64,000 bases of DNA from Bdellovibrionales bacterium RIFOXYC1_FULL_37_79 (GTDB taxonomy: Bacteria > Bdellovibrionota > Bacteriovoracia > Bacteriovoracales > Bacteriovoracaceae): the NCBI GenBank assembly GCA_001770015.1, contig MEQB01000021.1:35064-99063 (forward strand), in the 5' to 3' direction. Each line of letters starts with the position of its first letter. Position 1 is the first letter of the stretch. The position numbers were made by a program, and so were the translations under genes. A model generated the notes under the pieces. It saw only the letters and a list, made by a program, of their open reading frames with translations. It searched no databases and was not told the DNA's origin. Below are positions 1 through 10,738 of the stretch, in pieces.

Positions 1-105
1 CTTACCCCACTTTACCTCCTGGCCAAAATTATTTTTGGTTAAAACATAGCCATATGACCATGCTGATAAAACAAATAAAAATATGATTAATATGCTTTTC
101 TTCAA
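1..105 (-). CDS. 5' end (first 35 codons) of a hypothetical exported protein; continues beyond the window edge
   Basis: Not in the ORF track (<60 aa). Minus-strand TTG at 105 has AGGA 9 nt upstream. The translation (M)KKSILIIFLFVLSAWSYGYVLTKNNFGQEVKWGK stays open to position 1 and looks like a signal peptide. It begins 22 nt after the stop of the upstream gene at 127. Confidence 0.4.
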   Translation of the reverse strand, partial: MKKSILIIFLFVLSAWSYGYVLTKNNFGQEVKWGK

Positions 106-126
106 AAAACTAATTCCTGGTCATTA

Positions 127-834
127 TTATTTATTTTTTTTGGAATAAATCCTACTGGCACTTCCAAGTAATGCCAGGAGAAGTAATATCCAAAAAATAT
201 TCATTGAATTACTGTTAGAGTTATTTATTGTTTTTTTATCAACAGAAGCAGGCACTCGGTCAACATTTTTTTCTACAGGTAATTCATTTTGTAAATAAAC
301 ATTTTTTCCGTTACTAAACCCTGTAAATCTTTGTTTGAAGACTTTGTTAACTAGCCTGACGTATTCATTATAATCAATATTTCCAAGCTGATTATGATTG
401 GCAAATACAGACGATGAAATCACTTTTTTTCTATCAATGGTTTGGATCACATATTTACCCAATCCCAAATTAGTCAACTGGAACCCACGTTTAGCCTTTT
501 TTATCAACAAGACGACCTGTTCATTCTTAGAAAATTGAGGGAGACCTTCGACATGATACGATTCATTATGCCAGGTTCCTCCCGGCACCATGATTTGAAA
601 ATTATTTTGATTGTAGATTTCATTGCTGGAAAAACCCACAAACTTATGTACTGAAAATGTATAAATAGTTACGATTTGATTATCAGTTTTTTTATACTCA
701 TGAGATATATACATCCCCTCCATTACCCCATCAGACTCCTCTAGCTGTCTCTCGAAAGGTATTGGCATATAACTCATGGCCATGGTCCGCTCAAGAAAAA
801 ATAAAAATAAATAGAGTAAAAAAAAGTATTTCAT
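127..834 (-). CDS. hypothetical exported protein (235 aa)
   Basis: Long ORF with a hydrophobic N-terminus (MKYFFLLYLFLFFL) and a C-terminal hydrophobic helix followed by a basic tail (IFWILLLLALLGSASRIYSKKNK). I recognise no family motif. Confidence 0.6.
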   Translation of the reverse strand: MKYFFLLYLFLFFLERTMAMSYMPIPFERQLEESDGVMEGMYISHEYKKTDNQIVTIYTFSVHKFVGFSSNEIYNQNNFQIMVPGGTWHNESYHVEGLPQFSKNEQVVLLIKKAKRGFQLTNLGLGKYVIQTIDRKKVISSSVFANHNQLGNIDYNEYVRLVNKVFKQRFTGFSNGKNVYLQNELPVEKNVDRVPASVDKKTINNSNSNSMNIFWILLLLALLGSASRIYSKKNK

Positions 835-972
835 TTAGTGCTCTCTTGCAAAAGACTACCCAGAGAGTTCTTCGGTTGAATCAACAAAATACTTTATCAT
901 TTATGTCGGAAATTAAATTAAATTAAATTTATTTAATTAAAGTTTATTAATTATTCTGAATAAAAACAAATC

Positions 973-1003
973 AAAAAAAAAGGGGCCCAAAGCCCCTTTT
1001 TTA
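973..1003 (-). terminator. rho-independent terminator downstream of rpsI (A-run/stem/T-run, potentially bidirectional)
   Basis: The sequence aaaaaaaaa-GGGGC-ccaaa-GCCCC-tttttt lies about 20 nt after the rpsI stop. On the minus strand the GC stem is followed by a 9-T run. Confidence 0.75.
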
Positions 1004-1024
1004 TAGAGTATTTTAAAAATAATA

Positions 1025-1429
1025 TTAACGTTTTGAAAATTGATAAGCTCTTCTTGCTCCAGAGAGACCGTATTTCTTTCTCTCAACTTTTCTAGCATCT
1101 CGAGTTAAAAATCCAGCTTTTCTAAGTTCGCTATGAACCGTTGGATCAACTTTCATAAGGGCTCGAGCAATACCAAGTCTGATAGCACCTGCTTGACCAG
1201 TCAAACCACCGCCATTTACGTTTACCAAAATATCATATTTGCTATTTAATTTTAAAAGAGCCAAAGGCTGATTTACAATATATTGGCTTGTACCTTTGGT
1301 AAAATATTCTCTTAACTCTCTTCTATTAATAGTGATCTGGCCTGAACCCTCCGCCAGGTAAACCCTAGCAACAGACGACTTTCTTCTACCAACAGCGTAA
1401 ACATCCCACGTTTTACTTTTTGATGACAT
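1025..1429 (-). CDS. rpsI: 30S ribosomal protein S9 (uS9)
   Basis: 134 aa with the uS9 hallmarks [19 protein letters not shown] and a C-terminal ...[10 protein letters not shown]. It has an ATG start and sits directly downstream of rplM, as in the conserved rplM-rpsI operon. Confidence 0.97.
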   Translation of the reverse strand: MSSKSKTWDVYAVGRRKSSVARVYLAEGSGQITINRRELREYFTKGTSQYIVNQPLALLKLNSKYDILVNVNGGGLTGQAGAIRLGIARALMKVDPTVHSELRKAGFLTRDARKVERKKYGLSGARRAYQFSKR

Positions 1430-1432
1430 ATT

Positions 1433-1879
1433 CTAACCCTCTTTTATTTTGTAAACTTCTGGTTTTTGAGCTTGGTAAGTATGTTCACTACCAACTACCA
1501 GTTTAAGTTTTTTCAACTGTTTTTTTCCCAAAGCGTTTTTGGGTAACATACCCTTTACTGCTTCCATTATTACTTTCTGAGGATTTTTCACCAACTGCTC
1601 TTTAGCTGTTCGTTGTTTTAATCCACCAATAAAATTAGAGTGCCAATAATACAATTTTTTATCAATTTTATTACCAGTAAGTTTTATTTTTTCTGCATTT
1701 ACTATTACTACATAATCACCTGAATCAACATTAGGGGTGTAGCATGGATTATTTTTACCACGAAGAAGATCAGCAACTTCAGTGGCCAGACGACCCACAA
1801 TTTGATTTTCACCATCCACTAGAAACCATTTTTTATTTGCATCAGCCGGCTTCAAAACAAAAGACTTTTGAGTAAACAT
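1433..1879 (-). CDS. rplM: 50S ribosomal protein L13 (uL13)
   Basis: Contains KKWFLVDGENQIVGRLATEVADLLRGK, typical of uL13. The track ORF starts at an upstream TTG (1903). I prefer the ATG at 1879 (MFTQKSF...), which has an AAGAGAG purine stretch about 8 nt upstream. Confidence 0.94.
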   Translation of the reverse strand: MFTQKSFVLKPADANKKWFLVDGENQIVGRLATEVADLLRGKNNPCYTPNVDSGDYVVIVNAEKIKLTGNKIDKKLYYWHSNFIGGLKQRTAKEQLVKNPQKVIMEAVKGMLPKNALGKKQLKKLKLVVGSEHTYQAQKPEVYKIKEG

Positions 1880-2006
1880 AAGCAACACTCTCTTTAAAAA
1901 CAAATTTTATTTACAAAAACAAATAAATTGATCCGTAATGGCTTTTCTTATAGGTAATCTTGGCCAACAAGTCAAGCATCCTCTGCGAATTTTCATTATA
2001 AAACCA

Positions 2007-4871
2007 TCAAAAATATCCAATTGAGAGATGAAATCTGCCAAAGCTGTCTCGCTCACCACCTGAGTAGCTTTCTCTTTTAAGCTTTACGCCATAATCAAAG
2101 TCTAAAGTACCAACCGGGGTCAATATTTTCAAACTAAGTCCAACAGCTGTTCGCACTTTTAACGGTTCAAAACTATTTACATAAACTCGTCCTGCATCAA
2201 AAAAAGTTCCTATCATGATATTTTCTGCAACGATAAACCTGGGTTCAATTTTGTAATTTGAAAAAAAAGCTTTATCACCAACCACATATTCTGCAATATC
2301 TGAATCCTGTGCATCATCCAAACGATTTATTTCCGTATCATCAAAACCTCTAACTGTATCTGTGCCATCCAATCGAAATACTTCTCGACTTGGAATATAT
2401 CCCCTGGCACGACCTTCCGAAGCGATAATAGTATCTGTATCTGACGCTAAATTTTGTTGAAAACCCATGGAAACAAATGCGGCAATCGTAACTTCGCCAA
2501 TAGAATAATAAAATTTATTTCTACTGACCAATTTCATAAAATTTATTTCAAGCTCACTGGTTTTTTGTGATAAAAAAGCAGGGTGGGCGTATTCACAAGA
2601 CAGCATCAGGTGGGAACCCTCCCGGGGATTTATGGTTCTATCACGAAAATCAAGGGTAACTACCGGGGTAATACTACCTATTCTGTAATCATCTTGATCT
2701 TTTAAATCCGTGACATCGAATGGTTTGATTTCTTCCAATTTGTATCGTAATGAGGTGGACAATTTTCTAGAGAAAAACAATTTAGTAAAAAGGGTAGAAA
2801 TTCTAGAAATATCTGCATCAAAGGAATAATATCTTCTCCTGATCTGCGATACTTCCCCGTCAAAGGCAACAGGATAATTGAATATATAGGGTTCTTCATA
2901 ACCAAGTTTAGCATTATATTCAAGCAGCCTTTTTTCTTCTTTTTTTCTTCTTTCATCAAAACTGTCAAAATCCAAACGTTGATTGGTTTCCAGTTTCAAA
3001 CTTAAGGATCTATTCATACCCCATAAATTGTTATAGCTAGCCGAGGTAGCTAGTTTAACACCTATATCCGTACGGAATCCAGGGGCTATTTCCAAGGATC
3101 CAAAATCCCTCTCGTGAATTTCAATAAACAAGTTAGTATAATATAAATCAGAATCCTCTTTTCGAGATTGAATAACCGGCAAAATTTTAATACTGGAAAA
3201 TAATCCAGTGGACAAAAGATAATCTTTTATTTTTTCCAGAACCTCGTGAGTGATCAAGTCTCCTTGTTTTAAATTTACTTCGCGTAATATCACTTCGGTT
3301 TTCGTGGTGATATTTCCTGACACCACTACTTCATGAAAAATAAGTTTCTTACCCGTCTTAACATCAATATTTAAAATAGCCGATGTCTGCGAAAGATCAA
3401 ATTGCAAAAGTTTAGGGTCATTAACGTTTACAATATCTGCAAAATAGTAACCTTCATTTCTGACTTTATTTAAAACAGTCTGTAAATCAGTCTGAAGTTC
3501 TACCAAATTAACCGGAGCACCTTCTTTATTAATCAAAACTTTCTTGATTTTTATCGCAGTATCTGTATCCAAATTATTAATATTAATTTTTTCTAATATA
3601 ACCTGTTGTTTTTCCCGGATGACATATTCCACATCTGCACTTTGATAATTATCTGCAAAAACTATCTTTGGCTCAGACACTTCTGCAAACACATGACCTT
3701 CTCTTAGGTAGCTCTCTTTAATAATATTGCTAAATTGTTGAAGATAATTTCGATCAACAAACCCTCGACTGGCCATGGTGGATGCCTTTTTTTCATACAA
3801 ACTATCCAGTTTTCGATCACTCCACTTTTCGTTCCCATAATATATATGCGTCAGTATAGGCACTTTTTTACCTTCATTTATCTTAAGATAATAGTTTGTA
3901 TATTTTCTTCCAAGCTTATTTACACCAGCACGAATTTTCGTTTTAACGTTGGTATTATACACCCCATATTCTTCGTATTTTTCATTGATCATTCTTTCAA
4001 GCTCGATAAAAGAAAATTTTCCCTGATTGGTTCGGACAAATGATTTTACAAACCCCATTACTTCCTTGCGGTCTAAGACATGATTTCCTTGAATATGAAA
4101 ATTAATAATTTCACCCAGATTTACTGACAAGATTATTTTAACATCCCTATTTTCTCGAAAATATTCCCCCACGGTAATTTGAAAATTATAATAACCATTA
4201 TCCTTGTAATCGTTACTAATTTGTTCCAAATCAATTTTGATTTCCTGCAAATCGTATATTTTGCCTTTGGCCTTTAAAAATGAGGTGACAATTTTTTTTC
4301 TAATAGAATCATCCTGACAATCAACCACAATTTCAAAAATTCGTATAACCTTCTTTATATTTATTTGAATATTAAAATTAACTTTATCCTGATGATATGA
4401 ATCTAATATGGTAATCTTTTCTACAACAATTTTTTTCTGCAACAAAAAATTCTCTAATATTTTTTGAGCATCTATTCCTTTTTGGGCATCATAAATGTCG
4501 TCTGTTTTATAAGGAAAAATTTTATAAAGTTGTTGAACATTTAAATCACTGATATTGGACCCAATTGATATTTTTCCAACTCTTCTTTTGGGATCCATCT
4601 TGATTATAATTTTTGCCTCATTTTCGTTTATTTCAAAAACCTGTAGCCTTAAATCATTTAATAATCCTTCCGCTAGAAAGTTTTTGGTTTTTTCTTGGAT
4701 TTTTGCTATTTCTAAAGTTTGATGCTTCAATTCATAGATTCTGTTTTTATATCTTTCACATCCTTTTACAATAGAGCATTCCATTAAAACTTCTTTGATA
4801 TAAAATTCTTTTTGAGCAAAACAATGAGCGCTTAAAAAAATTGAAAATAAAGTGATTAGTAATCTTTTCAA
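2007..4871 (-). CDS. bamA: Omp85-family outer membrane protein assembly factor (BamA-like, 954 aa)
   Basis: Signal peptide MKRLLITLFSIFLSAHCFA, then a long N-terminal region compatible with multiple POTRA repeats. The C-terminal barrel carries the Omp85 loop-6 VRGF motif (DGTDTVRGFDD) and ends ...HLSIGYF (aromatic beta-signal). It overlaps the upstream tamB-like gene by 4 nt. Confidence 0.85.
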   Translation of the reverse strand: MKRLLITLFSIFLSAHCFAQKEFYIKEVLMECSIVKGCERYKNRIYELKHQTLEIAKIQEKTKNFLAEGLLNDLRLQVFEINENEAKIIIKMDPKRRVGKISIGSNISDLNVQQLYKIFPYKTDDIYDAQKGIDAQKILENFLLQKKIVVEKITILDSYHQDKVNFNIQINIKKVIRIFEIVVDCQDDSIRKKIVTSFLKAKGKIYDLQEIKIDLEQISNDYKDNGYYNFQITVGEYFRENRDVKIILSVNLGEIINFHIQGNHVLDRKEVMGFVKSFVRTNQGKFSFIELERMINEKYEEYGVYNTNVKTKIRAGVNKLGRKYTNYYLKINEGKKVPILTHIYYGNEKWSDRKLDSLYEKKASTMASRGFVDRNYLQQFSNIIKESYLREGHVFAEVSEPKIVFADNYQSADVEYVIREKQQVILEKININNLDTDTAIKIKKVLINKEGAPVNLVELQTDLQTVLNKVRNEGYYFADIVNVNDPKLLQFDLSQTSAILNIDVKTGKKLIFHEVVVSGNITTKTEVILREVNLKQGDLITHEVLEKIKDYLLSTGLFSSIKILPVIQSRKEDSDLYYTNLFIEIHERDFGSLEIAPGFRTDIGVKLATSASYNNLWGMNRSLSLKLETNQRLDFDSFDERRKKEEKRLLEYNAKLGYEEPYIFNYPVAFDGEVSQIRRRYYSFDADISRISTLFTKLFFSRKLSTSLRYKLEEIKPFDVTDLKDQDDYRIGSITPVVTLDFRDRTINPREGSHLMLSCEYAHPAFLSQKTSELEINFMKLVSRNKFYYSIGEVTIAAFVSMGFQQNLASDTDTIIASEGRARGYIPSREVFRLDGTDTVRGFDDTEINRLDDAQDSDIAEYVVGDKAFFSNYKIEPRFIVAENIMIGTFFDAGRVYVNSFEPLKVRTAVGLSLKILTPVGTLDFDYGVKLKRESYSGGERDSFGRFHLSIGYF

Positions 4872-7800
4872 AACGACAACCTCAATTTTAAATCCGCCCC
4901 TACTGAAGTGCTCGATTCTGAAGAAATCTCAGGATCTGTTTTAATTTCATATACCCCTTGCAAAGTCCAATTTTTATTAAAATTATAATTTAAATTCATT
5001 TCTTGTTTTTCCCCCAAGGACCCCCCCACCACGCTGGATACTGAAGCATCCACTTTTTTTCCCAACTGCTTTTGCACTTTAACTTTGGTAGCCGATCTAA
5101 TCTTGGTAGTGCCATGATCACCAGAAGATGAAGTTCCACCTACTAGGGAGCTTTCGGTATCTTGAAATTCTTGTACAATACTAAGCTTGAGTCCGAGGGA
5201 TGAATTAAGACTTTCGTTGATTTTTAACTGTTCAACCAATAAACTTCCAAGGCCTACTGAGGTCATTGCCTGCCGATCACCTTGTTGTAAGTTTTTGGAA
5301 GTTTCCGTGGTAAACCCGAGAGCCAGGAGTGATATGATATCTTCCCTGGAGAGCACTGGTTCGGAACTAAAATTAATATTAATATCATCAAAATTTCCAT
5401 TTATGCTAAGTTTGATATCATATTCGTTGACTTTGGCATGGCCCAAAAAATTAATTTCTGGTTTTTTTCCAATATTTTCTCCCGCTAATACAATACGTCC
5501 TTCATTAATAAAAAATTCATTGCCTTTGAAAAACAACCTACTAGAGGCAGGAACAATTTTCAACTCACCGGAAATCTCGGGATCTTCAGGATTGCCATCA
5601 ATATTGACTGTGCCATCCAATTTAATATCTGCCAGTGCATTTTTTATTGAAATCATAGTGGTTGGGTGAATGGTGATTTTATAATTAATAAATACCAATT
5701 TTCGTTTATTCTCCAGGTTGGGCAGATATCTATCATAAGTATTTGAAGAAGTTTTTTTACTTTTAATCAGTTCATCCAGTTCATCAAAAATATCTGCTTT
5801 ATTTAAAAAAATCTTTCCCTCAAGTAAATATGGCAATTGATCCCCTGATAACTCAAATTCTCCAGAAGTAGTAAGATTGGTTTTTTTAAACAAAGAAAGA
5901 TTAGTATCATTAAATTTTCCAACAATTTTTATCTTGGGAAAAGGTGTTTGCAAAATAACTTCACCCGACGCATTTACTTTTCCACCTCCATATATACCCT
6001 CAAATTTTTTTAACTCTAAAATATCTTTTGCCAGCACAATATTAAAATTCAGTTTTTCAAACATGCCTGGCAGGCCATCAATCTTGACTGACAACCCCTT
6101 ACCCGAAGATGTCATCATCAAATTATAACCGGTATTATTAAACACCAGCTCGGCGTTACCCTTAATTTTTCCATCAGCTTTCTTAATTTTTCGAGAAAAT
6201 ATTTCAAATAAACTGGAATCAATTTGATATTCTCCGTGAATCTTGATTCCCAGGCGTTGATCTCCTTCACCGCTTGATCGTATCCACTCATTATCTCCAT
6301 TCACCGCCAGATCCCATTTTTCAATATTTCCTTTGTTCATAATAATTTGATTTTTATCCGCTTGAATACGATAAAGCTTACCGGCTTTTGATAAATTAAG
6401 TTTTATAATATTTAAGGCAATATTGAGCTTTTCCAAATCATATACATTAAAGGTTGACCGGATATTACCCTCAACAACTCCACCCAGAGTAGTATCCTTG
6501 ATGTTGTGATCTGAGACAATTCCTGCAAGTTCTTTAACCTTGTTTGTTTTAATATCTAAATTAATATATGAAGGTTGAGACAATGCCTTTGGCGTATTAT
6601 CAAAATTGATAAATGAATCCAGCTTAATAGTATCCCCCAGTACTTCCCCGTTAACATACAAACTTTTTCGATTGGAATAAATATTAAGGGCTGATCCCTT
6701 TACCGACAAATCACCTATATATGCATTAGACATGATTATTGAGCATCTGGTAACTAATTCCCCAATTGGACCGCTTCCATAAAATGTACTATCAATCTGG
6801 CCATCGTAGCCCCAATTTAATACATTATAAATATTTACATCTTTTAACTTTAGATTCATCAACTTTATTTCATAATCAATAAATTTATTACCCAAATCAT
6901 ATGAAAATCTTCCATCAAGTGATGAACTGTGTTTTTTGATCACAAAATCCTTGATCTGAATAATATTATCTTTAAAAACAAAATCCATGTTAAATTTGTC
7001 AAACTCTTCCGTATAAAGCTGTAAATTTTTTCCCTTTAATTTCCCCTCAATATTTAAATTGCCTCCATTGGGTTTTCCTTTAATTGAAACTTTCGAGCCA
7101 ATTATAAAATTAATTGATTGTAGAATATTTTTTTCTATCCCTTGAGTTAATGGGTTAATCATTTTAAATAAATCTGACGCTCCCCCGGTTTGAACATCAA
7201 CTATTAAATCCAGCTGCCCTTGATTTTTAATATCAATGTCCCCCTTGGCCATATATAATACAGATTGATATTTGCAGCTTGGAGCATTAATGGATAAAAA
7301 TAAATCATCTAGATTTAGTTTAACTTTTCCAACCACAATTCCCAGATTAAAATTATCAACGACTACCTCTGACAACCCAATATTAAAATCAAAAATGACA
7401 TTTTTACCTGCATTATTTATTTTTAAATCGATATCGCCATTTCCCTTCAGGGGAAATCCGGCAATAGGGCCAAGCTCCCTAAAATCAATTTCTCCATCCA
7501 TTACTTCAATATCAATTTTTTGAGCTATAGTTCCTTTAACCGGTAATACAGAATTTTTAAATTTTACAATCGTATTGATATTTACCGCACCGTCATTAGC
7601 TAGATTTACATCAAAGCCACCAGTTTCAAGAAAAACTTTAGAGTTTTTGATAATTGGATCAGTTTTCCCAACCAACAATAATTCTGATACATAGAAACTT
7701 TCAAGCGGTCTAAATGATAAAATTTTTAAATCCCTGGATAACTCCACTTCAACATTCCCGTTCATATACCCTTTAAGCATATCTAAATTTTCCTTGACAA

Positions 7801-8923
7801 TATAAAGGGCGGTGTTGGTATGTAGATTCTGGGCATTTACAACAATCTTGTTGTCCACATTTTTTTTGGTTTTAATATCAAATATGGCAAATGGATTAAT
7901 TAGCGACAATTTCCCCGCCTTCTCTTCACAAATCATTTTAGTAATAACTATTAGATCATTATCTTTTTTCCCTTCTAAATTCACACTTTCCAATTTTGCC
8001 CAAGGACTTATAAAATTACGAACTGACAGTAAAAATTCAACGCTTGGATTCAATATTGATTTACTTAAATGCACATCAAGCTTTACGTTTCCGTCTATTT
8101 CTTTTTGAGATTTAACCCCCATCCGATTCAATAAATCGTCTATTTGTCCATCAATGCTTAAAGTACCATTGAAATTCAAAATCTCTGATGCATTATAAAA
8201 TTCCCCACTAAGTTTATATCTTTCGTAATTTTTATATATTTTTATTTCCTTAACCAATAACTTGCCACGTGAATAATCAATTCTCAAGTCAAGTCCATCT
8301 ATCTTGTCAAGTTTAAAATTTGAAAAATCATCCACGGAAATATTCTCAAGATTTGCTTTAAGCTCTAAAACGTTTTTACCAATTTTAAGCAATAATTCTT
8401 CAACCCAAGCGCTTTGATTATTAACTTCAAGCCAAGTACTGGCGATTTCAAGTTTTTTTATAATAACTGGAAGTTTCTTTAAAAATGTAAAAAAATTTTT
8501 TTCAAAAACGTGCGTAATATTTATTTGGGAAAAATCAATTGGAATTTCCTGGGATGGCTTATCTACCCGAAGTTTTATTCTGCCATCACCCAGTTTGATT
8601 TTTTCAATAATGACCTTATTGGACAAAAAATTAATTAATCCCAAGTAAATATAAATTTCGCTGGCCAATAAACTTAAATCCGTCTTTTGCTGCTTTTCAA
8701 AATTTTCGATCACAACATCTTTCATTAAAATCGAAGGCGGAAACATGTTAATGCTGATATTACTAAACTTGATGTTCATTTTATATTTGTTCATTAGTTC
8801 AGAAGAAATTTTTTGCGAAAATAAGCTTCCCAGGTACTCTGTTTGCAATATTCTCCAAAATATCCCGGAAACGAGCACAATAGATAGCAGGAATAAAAGT
8901 ATCATTTTATTTAATTTATTCAA
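4868..8923 (-). CDS. tamB: TamB-like translocation and assembly module protein (1351 aa)
   Basis: N-terminal signal-anchor helix (MILLFLLSIVLVSGIFW) and a very long beta-rich repetitive body. The C-terminal region resembles TamB DUF490 (GELKIVPASSRLFFKGNEFFINEGRIVLAG ... SSEPVLSREDIISLLALGFT) and ends LKLRLSF. Confidence 0.8.
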   Translation of the reverse strand: MNKLNKMILLFLLSIVLVSGIFWRILQTEYLGSLFSQKISSELMNKYKMNIKFSNISINMFPPSILMKDVVIENFEKQQKTDLSLLASEIYIYLGLINFLSNKVIIEKIKLGDGRIKLRVDKPSQEIPIDFSQINITHVFEKNFFTFLKKLPVIIKKLEIASTWLEVNNQSAWVEELLLKIGKNVLELKANLENISVDDFSNFKLDKIDGLDLRIDYSRGKLLVKEIKIYKNYERYKLSGEFYNASEILNFNGTLSIDGQIDDLLNRMGVKSQKEIDGNVKLDVHLSKSILNPSVEFLLSVRNFISPWAKLESVNLEGKKDNDLIVITKMICEEKAGKLSLINPFAIFDIKTKKNVDNKIVVNAQNLHTNTALYIVKENLDMLKGYMNGNVEVELSRDLKILSFRPLESFYVSELLLVGKTDPIIKNSKVFLETGGFDVNLANDGAVNINTIVKFKNSVLPVKGTIAQKIDIEVMDGEIDFRELGPIAGFPLKGNGDIDLKINNAGKNVIFDFNIGLSEVVVDNFNLGIVVGKVKLNLDDLFLSINAPSCKYQSVLYMAKGDIDIKNQGQLDLIVDVQTGGASDLFKMINPLTQGIEKNILQSINFIIGSKVSIKGKPNGGNLNIEGKLKGKNLQLYTEEFDKFNMDFVFKDNIIQIKDFVIKKHSSSLDGRFSYDLGNKFIDYEIKLMNLKLKDVNIYNVLNWGYDGQIDSTFYGSGPIGELVTRCSIIMSNAYIGDLSVKGSALNIYSNRKSLYVNGEVLGDTIKLDSFINFDNTPKALSQPSYINLDIKTNKVKELAGIVSDHNIKDTTLGGVVEGNIRSTFNVYDLEKLNIALNIIKLNLSKAGKLYRIQADKNQIIMNKGNIEKWDLAVNGDNEWIRSSGEGDQRLGIKIHGEYQIDSSLFEIFSRKIKKADGKIKGNAELVFNNTGYNLMMTSSGKGLSVKIDGLPGMFEKLNFNIVLAKDILELKKFEGIYGGGKVNASGEVILQTPFPKIKIVGKFNDTNLSLFKKTNLTTSGEFELSGDQLPYLLEGKIFLNKADIFDELDELIKSKKTSSNTYDRYLPNLENKRKLVFINYKITIHPTTMISIKNALADIKLDGTVNIDGNPEDPEISGELKIVPASSRLFFKGNEFFINEGRIVLAGENIGKKPEINFLGHAKVNEYDIKLSINGNFDDININFSSEPVLSREDIISLLALGFTTETSKNLQQGDRQAMTSVGLGSLLVEQLKINESLNSSLGLKLSIVQEFQDTESSLVGGTSSSGDHGTTKIRSATKVKVQKQLGKKVDASVSSVVGGSLGEKQEMNLNYNFNKNWTLQGVYEIKTDPEISSESSTSVGADLKLRLSF

Positions 8924-10577
8924 GCTCTTTAATCCTGGCCTCTACCATTCTGTAGTTTTTTTGATCTTTTTCGATCTGTTTAAAAATCTTTAACGCCTCT
9001 TTTTTGTTACCGGTTTTTCTTAATGCTTCTCCTTTCAGATATAAAAAATCCACCTTCTCATTTTTTCTAAGCGGCATTTTACCAACCACATCATTGACAC
9101 CAATAATCACATCACTGTACCTGTTTATCTCCAGCAATATGGCCATTTTTAAATATTCCATTTTAACATAAATCATATCATTCGAATTAACTGTTGGATC
9201 ACATTTTACTTTTTCAAGAAAAAACAAAGCCGCTTCATTCATTCCTGTGACGAATAACGCCACCACAATATCCTCATAATATTTTTTTATGGTCGGTTGA
9301 TCTAGGGTTTCTAAATATCTCGTAAAAGCAACCTCGTTAAGGTGAAGATCATCCTGGCTCAATACTGCCTGATCATTGGTTAGTAGAGCAATTTTGTATA
9401 AAATTTCTTCTAAATCTTTCAAGGGATCTTGACCATTTTCCAAAGAAGAGGATTCTTTCACATTTTCAATAATTGTATTGTTACCATCTTGCTGTTTTAA
9501 TTGTTTTAATTTTTCCTTTGCCTTTTTTTTATTCCCGATACTCTTTAAAAACAAAATATCTCTTTCAAGTTTTTGAACTTCCGTGGATTTTTTTTCATTT
9601 TGATTTTTCTGCCTTATCAGTTCACCAAAATTTTCATAAGTATCGCCTGAATTTTCAGACAAAGATGAAGGAGATTCATGGGATTTTAAATCTTTTATTT
9701 TATCCACTATGGTAGTTAACATTGTATTATCAGTACAAATTGTTTTGGCATATTCAACATAATAGTCAACATCAAATAACAACTGCCAAGATTTAAATAT
9801 TTTAAGATATTCCAAAATAACAAGCAGCATCCGTTCACACAAACCATTGATAGCCACTGTTTCAAAAATAATATTAATCAACTCCTTTTGTACTTCTTTT
9901 TGATGTTTATTAAATTGTAAAAAAAGAGAAAAGATATAATACAAAGCCAGAAATTTATATTTTCCAACCAGTAAATCCTCATCCTCCATAAATTTATCCA
10001 AAATATTGTATGTTCTTTGATAAAAATTTAAAATATTGGTGGATTTTTCACTTATGTTTTTTTCTAAAAATTTATTTATTTCTTCCCACTTTCCTTCCAA
10101 TAAAAAAACTTCCAAAAGCGTTATTTGATAATATTCATCATCACCGTAAGTTTTCTGATACTCCTGCAATACTGCCTGTAGCTTGCCTGTATTTTTATAT
10201 GCTTTTAGAAAATCAATCAGCAACCGGATAACTTGTTTCGCCTGATCCAGTTTTCCACTTGTTTCCAATAACCCCCAAAGTTCAAAAAGTTTAGTGGTTT
10301 TATTTTTACAGTCCTTTTTCTTAAGTTTTTTCTTAAGCATTTTAATTCTAATGGCATCTAATTTTTCTTCTTTTAAAAAATCTAGATATTGATCTTCCAC
10401 TAAATCCAATTCTTGATCTAAACTGAGCAATTCGTTGATTTTTACAAGATATTCATAACAAGTATTTTTTTCTGCTATTGATGCCTGGTTTTCTTTTAAT
10501 ATTTTATTAAAACATTGAACGGATTCATCAAATTTATTTTGATTAAACAAATCCTTTCCTAGTAAAATATCATCCAT
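8916..10577 (-). CDS. cytoplasmic TPR-like/helical repeat protein (553 aa), first gene of the tamB-bamA operon
   Basis: Helical-repeat sequence with TPR-like segments at both ends (e.g. GKDLFNQNKFDESVQCFNKILKEN; LKGEALRKTGNKKEALKIFKQIEK) and no signal peptide. It overlaps the tamB start by 8 nt. Confidence 0.55.
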   Translation of the reverse strand: MDDILLGKDLFNQNKFDESVQCFNKILKENQASIAEKNTCYEYLVKINELLSLDQELDLVEDQYLDFLKEEKLDAIRIKMLKKKLKKKDCKNKTTKLFELWGLLETSGKLDQAKQVIRLLIDFLKAYKNTGKLQAVLQEYQKTYGDDEYYQITLLEVFLLEGKWEEINKFLEKNISEKSTNILNFYQRTYNILDKFMEDEDLLVGKYKFLALYYIFSLFLQFNKHQKEVQKELINIIFETVAINGLCERMLLVILEYLKIFKSWQLLFDVDYYVEYAKTICTDNTMLTTIVDKIKDLKSHESPSSLSENSGDTYENFGELIRQKNQNEKKSTEVQKLERDILFLKSIGNKKKAKEKLKQLKQQDGNNTIIENVKESSSLENGQDPLKDLEEILYKIALLTNDQAVLSQDDLHLNEVAFTRYLETLDQPTIKKYYEDIVVALFVTGMNEAALFFLEKVKCDPTVNSNDMIYVKMEYLKMAILLEINRYSDVIIGVNDVVGKMPLRKNEKVDFLYLKGEALRKTGNKKEALKIFKQIEKDQKNYRMVEARIKELE

Positions 10578-10738
10578 GATATTTCCTCATCTATTCTAAC
10601 AACATCATTATGTGTCTATTTTACTACTTTTGATAAAATGATGCAGGAAACGTAATAATTTCCCCATACTTAACCACTTTATAATCATTTTTTTAGACAA
10701 TTAAATTTACAATCAATTTAAATAGCTGATTAAAACAC

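Noticed and set aside
1880-1903. Upstream TTG start for rplM; likewise upstream alternative starts for the ABC ATPase (20792), nadK (52397), the second GT9-like gene (47954) and the exported proteins (35966, 58886, 59172)
   Set aside because: The downstream ATGs have better Shine-Dalgarno sequences. They give canonical N-termini or clean signal peptides, whereas the extensions add non-homologous residues.
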